Notes: generated by a model not told the origin, from the letters alone. A DNA stretch of 64,000 nt from an uncultured delta proteobacterium (GCA_963767925.1 CAVYGB010000006.1:224001-288000), one strand, 5' to 3'; shown: positions 49,330-60,181, counted from the first letter of the stretch. Program-made: numbers and translations.

Positions 49330-52300
49330 GGTGCGCCCTCCCGGGGAGCCAGCGCGTCGTGGGGATCGGTCATCGCCACCGCGATCCGCCGGGGCCCGAC
49401 GAACGGGTCGCGCCCGTGGGCTACCAGCATGTTGTCGAGGGCGAGGATGTCGCCCTGCTGCCAGGGAAAGCCCCGGGTCTCGGCCAGGTAGGCGGCGCGG
49501 ATCTCAGCCAGCACCTCCGGCTCGATCTGGCCACCATCGCCGTAGAAGGTGTTGAACGGCAAATCGTGTTCCGTCAGCCCGGAGGCCATCGCTGAAAGCA
49601 CGCGTTCGGGCAGGCTGCTGACGTGAAAGAACAGCAGGTGGTTGAACCAAGTGGCCTCGCCGGTCTCGGGATGGGTTCGCAGCGCCGGGCGGACCTGCCG
49701 GGTGTGCAGGCGCCCGTCGGCGGACCATTGCAACTGGATGTGCGCCCGGCGGCAGTGCTCGGCCACCTTCTCGCGATCGGTGGTCTGGAAAGCTTCGACC
49801 CAGGAGAGGCCGAAATTTTCGCCGTAGTTTCTTACGTAGAGCACCTGCCGCTCGCGGAAACGCGCGATCGTGGCGGGCGTCAGCCGCTTCAGGATCCGCC
49901 GGCTGTCGGCGATCGGCGTGGCGCCGCCTCTCAGCGCCGGCTGCAGGCAGCAGAACCAGATCCGGCGCGGCCACTCGAGGGTGTAGGACTGCTCGTTGTG
50001 CAGGAGGATCGGCTCATCTTCGGGATGGTCCGTCGAGGTGTAGATCCCTGCCGAGATCTCGCTGCGCGGTGAAGACCGCTCGCCGTAGGGAATCAGGGCA
50101 GGAGAGATCCGCTGGACGGCCTTTCGGAAGTCCTCTGCCCCGCCGATGGCGAAGCCGCGAAACAGCAGGGCTCCCTCCCGGGCCAGCCTCTGGCGAATGT
50201 CGTCGACCTGATCGGCCAACCAGGCGGCCAGATCGACGTCGGGCCGCCGCGCCTCGACCAGCAGGGGAAGGGGGTGCTCTGCCTCGAGGCGCCGCATGGC
50301 CACCAGCTCGGAGGGGACAATGGTGGTCGGCCGCGGCCGGGTAGCCCTCAGCCCCTCCAGGAGAGCGGACACACGGGAGCCGGCAGGCTGCCCGGGGGGG
50401 ACGCGGTTGTCATCTTCTCGCATCGAGCGGTTTACCTCCGAGGTCGTGGGGCAGGCATCGGGATCCGTCACGACCGCCTCGAGAACCGAACGCAGATCGG
50501 TGAGGAGCTGTTCGGCGAAGCGACGTTCGAAGATGGAGGCGTAGCGCAGGGAAGCGACGAGGCCCCCCGCACGCGGCACGAACGCCAGGCTGAGATCGAA
50601 GACCGCGCCCTCTGCGTCCATCTCTACCGGCGAGAGGTCGAGCCCGGGCAGGTTCAAGGTCGCTGGCGCGCTCTGCAAGATGACCATCACCTGGAACAGG
50701 GGGTTGCGACCCAGCTCCCGGGGCGGACGCAGGTGCTCGACCACGGCCCCGAAGGGCACGTCCTGGTGTTCCCAGGCCTGCAGCACCACCCTCTTCACCC
50801 GGCCCAGGAGCTCGCGGAAGCTGGGAGCGCCACCGAGGTCAGTGCGAAGCACCACCTGGTTGACCATCAGACCGATGAGCGGCTCGAGCGCGGGGTGATT
50901 TCGACTGGCAAAATCGGTCCCCACGACGATGTCGTACGTCCCCGAGGTTCGGGCCAGCAGCGCCTCCCAGGCTGCCAGCAGGGTCATGAACAGTGTGGCC
51001 CCCTCGCGCCGGCCCAGGGCCTCGATCTCCCGAACCAGCCCCGCGGGCAACTCGATCTTCGCTGTCCCACCCTCGTAGCTGGCGATGCTCCCGTTGCCCT
51101 CGCGCGTGCGGGCCTGGGGCAAGGTGAGCCCGGCCGGCGCGCCCCGAAGCTGGTCCAGCCAGTAGGCCAGACTGCCCGCGAACGCGCCGCTCGTGAGCTG
51201 CTGCCGCTGCCAGGCCACGTAGTCGGGGTATTGCACCTCGAGGGGGGCCAATCCGGGCGCCTGACCCTGGCGGTGCGCGCGGTAGCGCTCGACGAGCTCG
51301 GCGAGGAGGATCCCGATCGACCAGCCGTCGGCCACGATGTGGTGCAGGACCAGAAGGAAGACGTGCTCATCGTCTCCGATCTGGTAGAGGCGGCAGCGGA
51401 GCAACGGCGGCACACCGAGGTCGAAACAGCGGTTCACCTCCGCCCTGAGCAGGGCGGAGAGCTCGCTCGACCCGGGTTCCACTCCCGACTGGCGAAGGTC
51501 GCTGAAAGACAGGGTGGCGCGGACGCCTTCTTCGAGCTGCTGATAGGGGACCCCGCCCTCCTCGCGAACGCTCGTCCGCAAGACCTCGTGCCGGGCGACG
51601 ATGCCCTCCAGGCTGCGCGCGAGAGCGTCGCGATCCAGCGGGCCGCGGAGCCGGACTGCGCCCGCGATGTGGTAGGCGGCGCGGCTGCCGGTGAAGCGGT
51701 CGAGGAACCAGAGGCGCTCCTGCCCGGAGGAGAGCGGCAGCCGGCTCGTCCGCAGCGTCGCATCGAGGCGCGCCGAGGGTGGGCTGGCCCCCGTCTGCCC
51801 CAGCCGGCCGACCTGGGCCACCAGGTCGCGCAGGACCGGATAGTCGAAGGCCCAGCGCAGCGGCACCTCCTTTCCGAAGGCTTCCCGTAGACGGACGATC
51901 ATCTGAGCGGCGGAGAGCGAGTGCCCGCCCAGCTCGAAGAAGCTGGCCTCCGGGCAGATGTCTTCGCGGACTAGCAAGCTGGACCAGACCTGGGCGACCA
52001 CCTCCTCGGCGGGGGACGACAGCGGCGACCGGCGCTGGCCCTGGACCGGTGGCGAGAGCTGCTCCAGCGCCTGCCGGTCGATCTTCCCGTTGGCGGTGAG
52101 CGGCAGCGCGGCCACCGGCAGGAGCAAGGAAGGGATCATGTATTCGGGGAGGTGCCGGCGGAGGTGCTGGCGCAACCTCGCCTCATCGGCCTGCTGGGCC
52201 GGGCGAAACACGACGTAGGCAGCCAGCAAGGGCTCCGCGCCGTCCGGTGAACGCCGGAGATCGACGAAAGCGTCGGCTACCGAGGGTTCGCGCTTGAGCG

Positions 52301-54971
52301 AGGCCGCCACCTCATCGGGCTCGATGCGGTGACCCCGCAGCTTGATCTGCTGATCGGTGCGCCCCAGGAACATCAAGTCGCCGTCTTCGGTATGGCTGCC
52401 CAGATCGCCGGTCCGGTACAGGCGGGCGCCCGGCGCCCGGGAGAAGGGGTCGGGCAAGAAGCGTTCGGCGGTCAAGGCCGGCCTCCCCCGATAGCCGCGC
52501 GCGACACCCACCCCGGCGACGTGCAACTCCCCCGGCACGCCGGTCGGCACCAGCTCGAGCTGGTCGTCCAGCAGGTAGACCGCGGCGCTGGCGATCGGGC
52601 GTCCGATAGACGGCGCCGAGGCGGACGGCTCGGGCGACACCGGTTGCGAGGTGGCCACCACCGAGGCTTCAGTGGGGCCGTAGTTGTTCACCAGCTGGAA
52701 GGGAAGACCCGCGCGCGGGCGGCTGCGCAGGCGATCCCCGCCGGTCAGGAGTAGACGCAGGGGCGCATGGGCCGGCCAATCGAGCGCGAGCACGGCCTCG
52801 GCCAGCGGAGTGGGCAGGAAGCAGGAGGTGATGCCCCGGCTGAGAATCCAGTCCCGGAGGCCAGCGGGCAGGAGGCGGACCTCGGCGCTCGGAAAGAAGA
52901 GCGCCGCGCCGCTGGTCAGCGCCGACCAGATCTCCCATACCGAGGCATCGAAGCTCTGGCTAGCGACCTGCCCCGTCCGATCGCCGGGACCGAGCGAGAA
53001 GGCTTGCCGGTGCCAGCGAACCAGGTTGGCGAGCCCTCGATGCGTCACCTCCACGCCCTTGGGCTGCCCGCTGGATCCCGAGGTGTAGATGACGTAAGCG
53101 AGGTTCTCGAGACCGGGCGGCGAGCCCTCGACCTCGGCGGCTTGCAGCGGCGGTGAGTTCAGCTCGTCATCGGTGACGACGAGGGCCGGACCCTCGCCCG
53201 ATGAGAACCGCCGGCGCAGGCGGGGCTCGGTGAAGATGGCCAGGCAGCCCGCGTCGCGGATCATGAAATGCAGCCGCTCGTCCGGGTAGGCCGGGTCCAG
53301 GGGGAGATAGGCGCTGCCGCACTTGAGGATGGCCAGCATGGCGACCACGGCATCGGGCCCGGGTTCACAGAAGACGCCGATCAACGACTCCTGGCGGGCA
53401 CCGAGGCGACGCAGCCGGGCCGCCAGGCGCTCGGATCGACGATCCAGGTCCAGATAGGTCAGGCATTCGTCTCGGCGCTGGAGCGCGATGGCCTGCGGCG
53501 CATCGGCCAGCCGGCGCCCGAACAGCTCCAGCACGGTGTCGTCGGCCCGGTCGCCGAGGGCCGGGCCCCGGGACCTGCCCAGCACACGTTTTCGCTCGCC
53601 GGCATCGAGCAGGCCGAGCCGGGCAACGCCGAGGTCGGGGTCGGCCACCGCCGACCCGAGCAACTGGACGAACTGGCCGCAGAATCGGTCAATCGTTTCG
53701 GCGGAGTACCGATCGGAGCGGTACTCCACCGGGCCAGCGATCTCGGGGCCCAGGTCATCCAGGTTCAGCGTCAGGTCGAACTTGGCCGTACCGGTATGGA
53801 TCGGTTCTCCCCGCCCCCGCACATCACCGAGCATCAGCTCACTGTTCAGGCCAGCCTGCCAGGCCAGCACGCAAGTCAGGGGCGAATCGCTCGACCGGGA
53901 ACGGGCCAGCTCGGGGGCGGCCGCCTCGAAGGGCACGTCCTCGTGGGCCTGGGCGTCGAGCACCGTCGCCCGCACTCCGCGCAGGAGCTCGCGAAAGCTG
54001 GCCCGGCCATCCACCAGGGTGCGCAGGCCGACCATGTTGACGAAGAGGCCGACCACCCCGTGGGTCTGGCGCTCACGGCGACCGCTCACCGGGCTGCCCA
54101 CGAGGATGTCCTTCTGCCGAGTGAGGCGGGAGAGAAGCAGCTGGAGGGCCGTCAACAGCGTGGTAAAGACGGTGACGCCCTCGCGCCGGCTGAACTCGCG
54201 CACAGCCTGGGTGAGGGCCTGCCCCAGGCTGAGAGGCCACAGCTTGCCGGGGTACCCCTGCTCGGCGCGAGAGGGGCGGCAGGCGGGCAGCGGCAGGCCC
54301 GGCGTCGCGCCGCCGAGTTGACCACGCCAGTAGCTCAGGCTCGCGTCCAGGGCCCCCCCGGTCAGCCGTTCGCGCTGCCAGGCGGCGTAGTCGGCGTACT
54401 GGATCTCCGGCTCGGCCAGTGACGGCGGCCGTCCGGCGCGGTGGTCCCGGTACAGCACCTGCAGCTCCCGCAGCAGCACCCCGATGGACCAGCCATCGGC
54501 GACGAGATGATGGAGAACGAGGATCAGCACCTGCTCGCCGCCGGGCCGCCGGATCAATCGGGCACGCGGCACCAGCGGGGCCCCCAGATCGAAGGGACGT
54601 GTGGCCTCCTGTCGCATGACGCCGGCGAGATCGCGCTCGCTGACCGGCTCGCCATTCCCCGGAATCGTTCCGACCTCGAAGCTCAGCTCCGCGTCCGGGT
54701 GGATCCGCTGATAGACCCCGTCTCCGACCGTGAGAAAGCTGGTCCGGAGGGCTTCATGGCGGCGCACCAGCTCTTGCAAACTGGCCCGCAGCGCCACCGG
54801 ATCCACGTCGCCACGCAACCGGACGGCGCCGGCGATGTGAAAGAGAGGCCCACCCGGCGCCAGTTGCTCGCGCAACCAAATCCGCTCCTGGGCGAGGCCC
54901 AGGGGAAAGCAGCCGTACTCCGATCCTCGAGAGTCGAGCAGTGCCTTGGCCTGGTTGGTCACGGAGGTCAT
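49326..54971 (-). CDS. NRPS C-A(Leu)-T-C-TauD
   Basis: HHLVADG and HHIVADG C domains; A code DAWFLGNVVK; GGHSL; C-terminal dioxygenase with HNE and VAHGR. Confidence 0.93.
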   Translation of the reverse strand: MTSVTNQAKALLDSRGSEYGCFPLGLAQERIWLREQLAPGGPLFHIAGAVRLRGDVDPVALRASLQELVRRHEALRTSFLTVGDGVYQRIHPDAELSFEVGTIPGNGEPVSERDLAGVMRQEATRPFDLGAPLVPRARLIRRPGGEQVLILVLHHLVADGWSIGVLLRELQVLYRDHRAGRPPSLAEPEIQYADYAAWQRERLTGGALDASLSYWRGQLGGATPGLPLPACRPSRAEQGYPGKLWPLSLGQALTQAVREFSRREGVTVFTTLLTALQLLLSRLTRQKDILVGSPVSGRRERQTHGVVGLFVNMVGLRTLVDGRASFRELLRGVRATVLDAQAHEDVPFEAAAPELARSRSSDSPLTCVLAWQAGLNSELMLGDVRGRGEPIHTGTAKFDLTLNLDDLGPEIAGPVEYRSDRYSAETIDRFCGQFVQLLGSAVADPDLGVARLGLLDAGERKRVLGRSRGPALGDRADDTVLELFGRRLADAPQAIALQRRDECLTYLDLDRRSERLAARLRRLGARQESLIGVFCEPGPDAVVAMLAILKCGSAYLPLDPAYPDERLHFMIRDAGCLAIFTEPRLRRRFSSGEGPALVVTDDELNSPPLQAAEVEGSPPGLENLAYVIYTSGSSGQPKGVEVTHRGLANLVRWHRQAFSLGPGDRTGQVASQSFDASVWEIWSALTSGAALFFPSAEVRLLPAGLRDWILSRGITSCFLPTPLAEAVLALDWPAHAPLRLLLTGGDRLRSRPRAGLPFQLVNNYGPTEASVVATSQPVSPEPSASAPSIGRPIASAAVYLLDDQLELVPTGVPGELHVAGVGVARGYRGRPALTAERFLPDPFSRAPGARLYRTGDLGSHTEDGDLMFLGRTDQQIKLRGHRIEPDEVAASLKREPSVADAFVDLRRSPDGAEPLLAAYVVFRPAQQADEARLRQHLRRHLPEYMIPSLLLPVAALPLTANGKIDRQALEQLSPPVQGQRRSPLSSPAEEVVAQVWSSLLVREDICPEASFFELGGHSLSAAQMIVRLREAFGKEVPLRWAFDYPVLRDLVAQVGRLGQTGASPPSARLDATLRTSRLPLSSGQERLWFLDRFTGSRAAYHIAGAVRLRGPLDRDALARSLEGIVARHEVLRTSVREEGGVPYQQLEEGVRATLSFSDLRQSGVEPGSSELSALLRAEVNRCFDLGVPPLLRCRLYQIGDDEHVFLLVLHHIVADGWSIGILLAELVERYRAHRQGQAPGLAPLEVQYPDYVAWQRQQLTSGAFAGSLAYWLDQLRGAPAGLTLPQARTREGNGSIASYEGGTAKIELPAGLVREIEALGRREGATLFMTLLAAWEALLARTSGTYDIVVGTDFASRNHPALEPLIGLMVNQVVLRTDLGGAPSFRELLGRVKRVVLQAWEHQDVPFGAVVEHLRPPRELGRNPLFQVMVILQSAPATLNLPGLDLSPVEMDAEGAVFDLSLAFVPRAGGLVASLRYASIFERRFAEQLLTDLRSVLEAVVTDPDACPTTSEVNRSMREDDNRVPPGQPAGSRVSALLEGLRATRPRPTTIVPSELVAMRRLEAEHPLPLLVEARRPDVDLAAWLADQVDDIRQRLAREGALLFRGFAIGGAEDFRKAVQRISPALIPYGERSSPRSEISAGIYTSTDHPEDEPILLHNEQSYTLEWPRRIWFCCLQPALRGGATPIADSRRILKRLTPATIARFRERQVLYVRNYGENFGLSWVEAFQTTDREKVAEHCRRAHIQLQWSADGRLHTRQVRPALRTHPETGEATWFNHLLFFHVSSLPERVLSAMASGLTEHDLPFNTFYGDGGQIEPEVLAEIRAAYLAETRGFPWQQGDILALDNMLVAHGRDPFVGPRRIAVAMTDPHDALAPREGAP

Positions 54972-57900
54972 GGCTTGCTCTCGCGCAAGAGCCGCCGCAC
55001 GTCCCCGTCGCCGCGGGTCAACCGGCGGATGCTGCCCAGGGGCGCCGCCTGACCGGCGCTCGCTTCGATCGCCTCGGCGACCGCCGCCACCGTCGGGGAG
55101 TCGAACAGCTGCCGCAAGGGCAGATCCACGCCGAAGCGGGCCTCGAGGCGCGCGCGGACCGTGACCATCAGCAGCGAGTGCGCGCCGAGAGTGAAGAGGT
55201 CCTCGTCGGGGCCAACCGCGGCTATGCCCAGGGCGTCGGCCCAGATGCGACCCACCTCGGCCTCGGTCGCGTTGCGGGCCGGTCGACGCGTGTCCAGCTC
55301 CCCGGTCGGCGCCGGCAAGGCGGCGCGATCGACCTTCCCGTTGGGCGTGCGGGGCAAACGCTCCAGCACCACGATCCGGGCCGGCTCCATGTGGCGGGGC
55401 AGCCGGGCCCTGAGATGACTCTGCAGATCCTGGGGGGAGACAGACTGGTCCGGTCGGAGGGCCACGTAGGCCACCAGCCGGCGATCCGCGGCGCCGCCAG
55501 CCAGGACAGCCACGCTCTCCCCGACCGCCGGGTGGGCGGCCAGCACCGAGGAGACCTCCCTGAGCTCGATCCGGAAGCCCCGGATCTTGACCTGGTCGTC
55601 CTCGCGACCGAGGAACTCGAGCCGGCCATCCCGGCGCCAGCGCACGCGGTCTCCAGTCCGGTATACCCGCTCGCCCGGCTCCTGGGCGAGCGGGTCGGGG
55701 ACGTAGCTCGCCGCCGTCAGGCCGGGCCGGCGCCAGTAGCCCCGCGAGACGCCGGGGCCTCCGATGTAGAGCTCACCCGCCACACCGACTGGCACGAGCT
55801 GCTGTCCTGGATCGAGCACCCGCAGGGTGGTGGCGCCAAGCCCCACTCCGATCGTGACGGGCTCGCCTCGCCGGAGGGTGGTCCAGGTCGAATAGGTGGT
55901 GGTTTCAGTGGGCCCATAGAGGTTGTTGACCCGCAGCTCGGACGATCCGGCCCGATACAGGCCTTCGACAAGGGTCGCGTCCAGGGGCTCGCCGGCCAGA
56001 TTGATGGCTCTCAGGTCAGGCGGCAGCCAGCCGGCGCTCGCCACCGCCGCCATCGCCGAAGGGACTGTGTTGATCAGGCGCACCGCCTCGACCGAACCTC
56101 CCTCGCGCTGCCCCTCCCACCATTGCAGCAGGTTCTCGGCGAGGACCACCGCGCCGCCGCTGCAAAGTGGCGCCCACAGCTCGAAGATGGACAGGTCGAA
56201 GCAGGCCGAGGTGGAGGCGAGGACACGCTCGAGCTCGGCCGGCCCGAACGCTCCCGTCGCCCACTGCACGAAGGCGTCAGCCTGACGGTGCTCGATCATC
56301 ACGCCCTTCGGGACACCGGTCGAGCCAGAGGTGTAGATCAGATAGGCAACGTTCGCCGGGCCGACCGACGACTCGGCTGCCTCTTCAGATTCGCCCGGCG
56401 CGACGCCGACGAGGCCCTCGGCGTCCAGGGTGATGACCCGACTGGCACCGCCGTCGAACCGTCCCGTCCAGCGTGGCTCGGTGATGATGGCGAGCGCCGC
56501 GGCGTCGCTGGCCATGAAACGCAGCCGCTCTTCCGGATAGTCCGGGTCCAGGGGCAGGTAGGCAGCCCCCGCCTTCCAGACCGCCAGCATCGCCTCTACC
56601 ATCCGCCCGGACCGGGAGAGGCAGATCCCGACCCGCTCTTCCGGACCCACGCCAAGGGCCCGGAGCTGGCGGGCGAGGCGGTTGGCCCGACGATCCAGCT
56701 CTCGATAGCTGATCGACTCTCTGCCGTCGAGCAGGGCCGGACGTTCGGGCGTCTCCCGGGCCTGTCGTTCGAAGCGGTGATGCAGGCACACGCAGGCCGG
56801 AGGACGAGCGGCGGGCGCCTGGAAGCTCAGGATCGTGGCCCGGGCGGCTTCGGACAGGATGGGAAGATCGAGGATCGGCCGGTGGGGATCTTCGGCGATC
56901 GACCGGAGCAGGACCTGAAGACATTCCGCCCAGCCGGCCACGGTTTCGGGCGCGAGCAGATCGCTGCGATAACGCAGGCGTCCTCCCAGGCCTTCCTCCA
57001 CCTCGCCGAGGGCGAGGCTGAGGTCGAACTGGGCAGTCCGCTCGGGCAGAGCGACCGACTCGAGCGCCAGCTCTCCCACCTGGAGCTTCGCGCCGCCCAT
57101 CCCCAGAGCCAGCCGGGCCATCCCCCAGCCGTCGCGCTCCGCCTGCTGGGCCTTGTGAAAGGTGAAGCTGGCCTGGATGGGAGCACGGTTACTCGCCCCG
57201 CGTGAGAGCTGGCTGGCCTTCACCATCAGCGGGAAGGGGTAGGCGGCGTGTTCCATCCCGCTCAGCACCCGTGCCCGGACCTGCCCGAGGAGCTCGTTGA
57301 AGGTCGTCACCCCCGCGAAATCGACCCCCAGCGGCAACATGTTCACGAAGTAGCCGATCACGTCGGCAAACTCCGCCCGCGGTCGGCCGGAGCTAGGCGT
57401 GCCCACGACGAAGCGCGCCTGGCCGGTCAGGCGGTGCAGCAGGGCCAGCCAGGCCGCCGCTGTCACCATGAACAGCGTGGCCCCGTTCTTCGTGGCCACC
57501 TCCTGCAGGCGCTCCCGGACCTCCAGGTCGACGATGAAGTCCAGGCTGGCCCCGGCAGCGGCCTCCTCCCGGGAACGCGGGTTGTCGAGCGGCAAATCGA
57601 GCTGTGGCCACTCCTGGCCCAGCTCGCCCTTCCAGTAGGTCGCCAGACGGTCGCCCTCGCTGCCGGCCAGCAGGTCCTCCTGCCAGGCCACGAACTCGGC
57701 GTAGCCGTCCCGGGCCGCCTCGACGTCCAGGCGCAGGTTCAGCCCGAGCGCGGTGTAGATCGTGCCCAGCTCCCGCAGCAGCAGCACCAGCGACCAGAGG
57801 TCGGCGACGATGTGGTGGATCACGAACAGCAGGAGGTGTTCCTCCTCGGAGCGACGGTAATGCGTCACCTGCAACAGCGGCCCCTCCGCCAGGTCGATCG

Positions 57901-60181
57901 GCCGATGGGCGTCCTCTTCGAGGGTCCGGGCCAGCTCCACCTCGCTCAGCGCCTCGACGGGAAGGAAACGCACGACCCGGGGGTCGTTGCGCCGAAGCAC
58001 CCTGACCGCCTCCCCGCGGGCGACGGGGAAGCTGCTGCGCAAGGCAGGATGGCGCTCGAGCAGCAGCTCCAGGGCCCTCCGCAGGCGATCGCGATCGAGC
58101 ACACCTCGCAGGCGCACGACCCGCGCGATGTTGTTGCTCGCTCCTTCCGGATCGAGTTGCTGCAGGAACCACAGGGCTCGCTGGCCGTGCGAGAGCCCGC
58201 CACCGCCCGAAGAACTGGGCGGCGGGCGCCCCGCGCCGATCCGCCGGGCGGTGTCGGCCAGGCTCAAGCGTTCGAACAGCAGCGAGGGCTCGATCGCCAG
58301 GCCAAACTGCTTCTCGAGCCCGTGGGCGATCTCGATGGCCGCCAGGGAGTCGAGGCCGTAAGCCGTGATGGGCTGCTGGGGGTCCACCGACGCCGGCGGC
58401 AGACCCGCTCGCCGAGCCACCTCCGCCCGCAGCCAGGCGCCGACGGCGTCCTGGTCCCCCGGCGAGGGGGTGGCAGTCGAACGGCCAACGACCGAGAGCG
58501 TCCCGTCGAGGAAGGCTCGCCGGCACTGACTCCGCTGGATCTTTCCACTCGAGGTCTTCGGGATCGACCCCTTGCGGATGAGCACGACCTCGTGGGCCGC
58601 CAGCTCGTGGCTCGCGGCCAGGGCCTGCCGGATCGCGGCCTCGATCTCGTTGCCGTCGACCCCGCTCCCTCGGTCCACCTCCGCCACCACGACCAGCCGT
58701 TCCTCCCGCTCGATCTCGACTGACACCGCCGCCACGCAGCCCGGTCGCAACAGGGGATGGCTCCGCTCGACGCTGACCTCGATGTCCTGCGGGTAGTGGT
58801 TCTGGCCACGCAAGACGAGGAGATCTTTGCAGCGGCCCGTGATGACGAGCGATCCGTCTTCGAGGAAGCCGAGGTCGCCGGTCCGCAGGAAGGGGCCCCT
58901 GCCGCTCCCCGAGAGAAAGGACTGAAAGGTGAGGGCCGACTCCTCTGGCCGGTTCCAGTAGCCGACGGCCACGCTGCCCCCCTTCACCCAGATCTCGCCC
59001 ACCTCACCCGGGCCACGCTCCGACCCGGTCTCCGGATCGACGATGACCACCTCCTGCTCGCCGAGAGGTCGCCCACAGCCCACGAGGCTGGCGGCGTCCG
59101 CCGCCGCCTCTCGCCGCACCAGCCGGTGCTCCCCGAGCGCGTGCTTGTCGACGTGCAGGACGAGCGGGGATCGGGCTTTGTGGCTCCCCGTGACCATGAG
59201 GGTGGCCTCGGCCAGGCCGTAGCAGGGGTAGAAGGCCTCGGCGCGAAAGCCACAATCGGCGAAGACCTCGGCAAAACGGGTCAGGGTGTGCGCGCGCACC
59301 GGCTCGGCCCCGTTGAAGGCGACCGTCCAGCTCGACAGATCGAGCCCCGCCCGCTCGGCCGGGGAGATCTTCTCCAGGCAGAGCTCGTAGGCGAAGTTGG
59401 GCCCGCCGCTGGTGGTGGCCCGATAGCGGGAGATAGCCTGCAACCAGCGGAGGGGCCGCTTGAGGAAGGCGGAGGGCGCGATCTGGACACAGGGGATGCC
59501 AGCAAAGAGCGGCTGCAGCAGACCGGCCATGAAGCCCATGTCGTGGAAGGTGGGCAGCCAGGACACGTAGCTGTCGCCCGCGCCATGCTCCACCGCCGCG
59601 TGGACCAGGGCCGCGTTGTGCAAGAGGTTGGCGTGGGTGAGCATCACCCCTTTCGGGGTGCCGGTTGAGCCCGAGGTGTACTGCAGGAAGGCTACTTCGT
59701 CCGGCGGCCCGCCCGGCAGGCGCTCCTGGGCCTCGGGCACGACATCGGTGGCGATCCAGGTGAAGCGTCCAAGATCGAGCCCCTGCTCCATGAACCCCGC
59801 CTGGATCCGCTCGACCAGCGCGGCGGTGGTGAGCACGCAGGTGGGCTGGGCGTCGGCCATGATCGCGACGAGGCGGCTCAGCGTGCGGGTGCTGGTAGGC
59901 GGATAGGCGGGCACGGCGATGACTCTGGCGTGCAGGCAGCCGAAGAAGCCGACCAGGAAGTCGAGCCCCGCAGGGTAGAGCAACACCGCGCGGGCGCCGG
60001 GGTTTGCCCGATCTCGCAAAGCTGCCGCCACCGAGAGGGCGCGGCGGCGCAGCAGGGCGTAGTCGAGGCTCATCTCCTCGCGATCGCCGTCGGGCAAGAA
60101 GGTGAAGGCCTCCCCGACCGGGGACGTCTCGGCCCGGAGATCGAGCAGGTCGGTCAGGGTATCTGGCTGAGATGAACGCAT
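54968..60181 (-). CDS. Lipo-initiating NRPS FAAL-ACP-C-A(Ala)-T
   Basis: FAAL AFLQYTSGSTG, SWLPTFHDMG, YPCYGLAEAT, PKTSSGKIQR; ACP GLDSL; C HHIVAD; A code DLFNNALTYK; GAHSL carrier. Confidence 0.95.
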   Translation of the reverse strand: MRSSQPDTLTDLLDLRAETSPVGEAFTFLPDGDREEMSLDYALLRRRALSVAAALRDRANPGARAVLLYPAGLDFLVGFFGCLHARVIAVPAYPPTSTRTLSRLVAIMADAQPTCVLTTAALVERIQAGFMEQGLDLGRFTWIATDVVPEAQERLPGGPPDEVAFLQYTSGSTGTPKGVMLTHANLLHNAALVHAAVEHGAGDSYVSWLPTFHDMGFMAGLLQPLFAGIPCVQIAPSAFLKRPLRWLQAISRYRATTSGGPNFAYELCLEKISPAERAGLDLSSWTVAFNGAEPVRAHTLTRFAEVFADCGFRAEAFYPCYGLAEATLMVTGSHKARSPLVLHVDKHALGEHRLVRREAAADAASLVGCGRPLGEQEVVIVDPETGSERGPGEVGEIWVKGGSVAVGYWNRPEESALTFQSFLSGSGRGPFLRTGDLGFLEDGSLVITGRCKDLLVLRGQNHYPQDIEVSVERSHPLLRPGCVAAVSVEIEREERLVVVAEVDRGSGVDGNEIEAAIRQALAASHELAAHEVVLIRKGSIPKTSSGKIQRSQCRRAFLDGTLSVVGRSTATPSPGDQDAVGAWLRAEVARRAGLPPASVDPQQPITAYGLDSLAAIEIAHGLEKQFGLAIEPSLLFERLSLADTARRIGAGRPPPSSSGGGGLSHGQRALWFLQQLDPEGASNNIARVVRLRGVLDRDRLRRALELLLERHPALRSSFPVARGEAVRVLRRNDPRVVRFLPVEALSEVELARTLEEDAHRPIDLAEGPLLQVTHYRRSEEEHLLLFVIHHIVADLWSLVLLLRELGTIYTALGLNLRLDVEAARDGYAEFVAWQEDLLAGSEGDRLATYWKGELGQEWPQLDLPLDNPRSREEAAAGASLDFIVDLEVRERLQEVATKNGATLFMVTAAAWLALLHRLTGQARFVVGTPSSGRPRAEFADVIGYFVNMLPLGVDFAGVTTFNELLGQVRARVLSGMEHAAYPFPLMVKASQLSRGASNRAPIQASFTFHKAQQAERDGWGMARLALGMGGAKLQVGELALESVALPERTAQFDLSLALGEVEEGLGGRLRYRSDLLAPETVAGWAECLQVLLRSIAEDPHRPILDLPILSEAARATILSFQAPAARPPACVCLHHRFERQARETPERPALLDGRESISYRELDRRANRLARQLRALGVGPEERVGICLSRSGRMVEAMLAVWKAGAAYLPLDPDYPEERLRFMASDAAALAIITEPRWTGRFDGGASRVITLDAEGLVGVAPGESEEAAESSVGPANVAYLIYTSGSTGVPKGVMIEHRQADAFVQWATGAFGPAELERVLASTSACFDLSIFELWAPLCSGGAVVLAENLLQWWEGQREGGSVEAVRLINTVPSAMAAVASAGWLPPDLRAINLAGEPLDATLVEGLYRAGSSELRVNNLYGPTETTTYSTWTTLRRGEPVTIGVGLGATTLRVLDPGQQLVPVGVAGELYIGGPGVSRGYWRRPGLTAASYVPDPLAQEPGERVYRTGDRVRWRRDGRLEFLGREDDQVKIRGFRIELREVSSVLAAHPAVGESVAVLAGGAADRRLVAYVALRPDQSVSPQDLQSHLRARLPRHMEPARIVVLERLPRTPNGKVDRAALPAPTGELDTRRPARNATEAEVGRIWADALGIAAVGPDEDLFTLGAHSLLMVTVRARLEARFGVDLPLRQLFDSPTVAAVAEAIEASAGQAAPLGSIRRLTRGDGDVRRLLRESKP

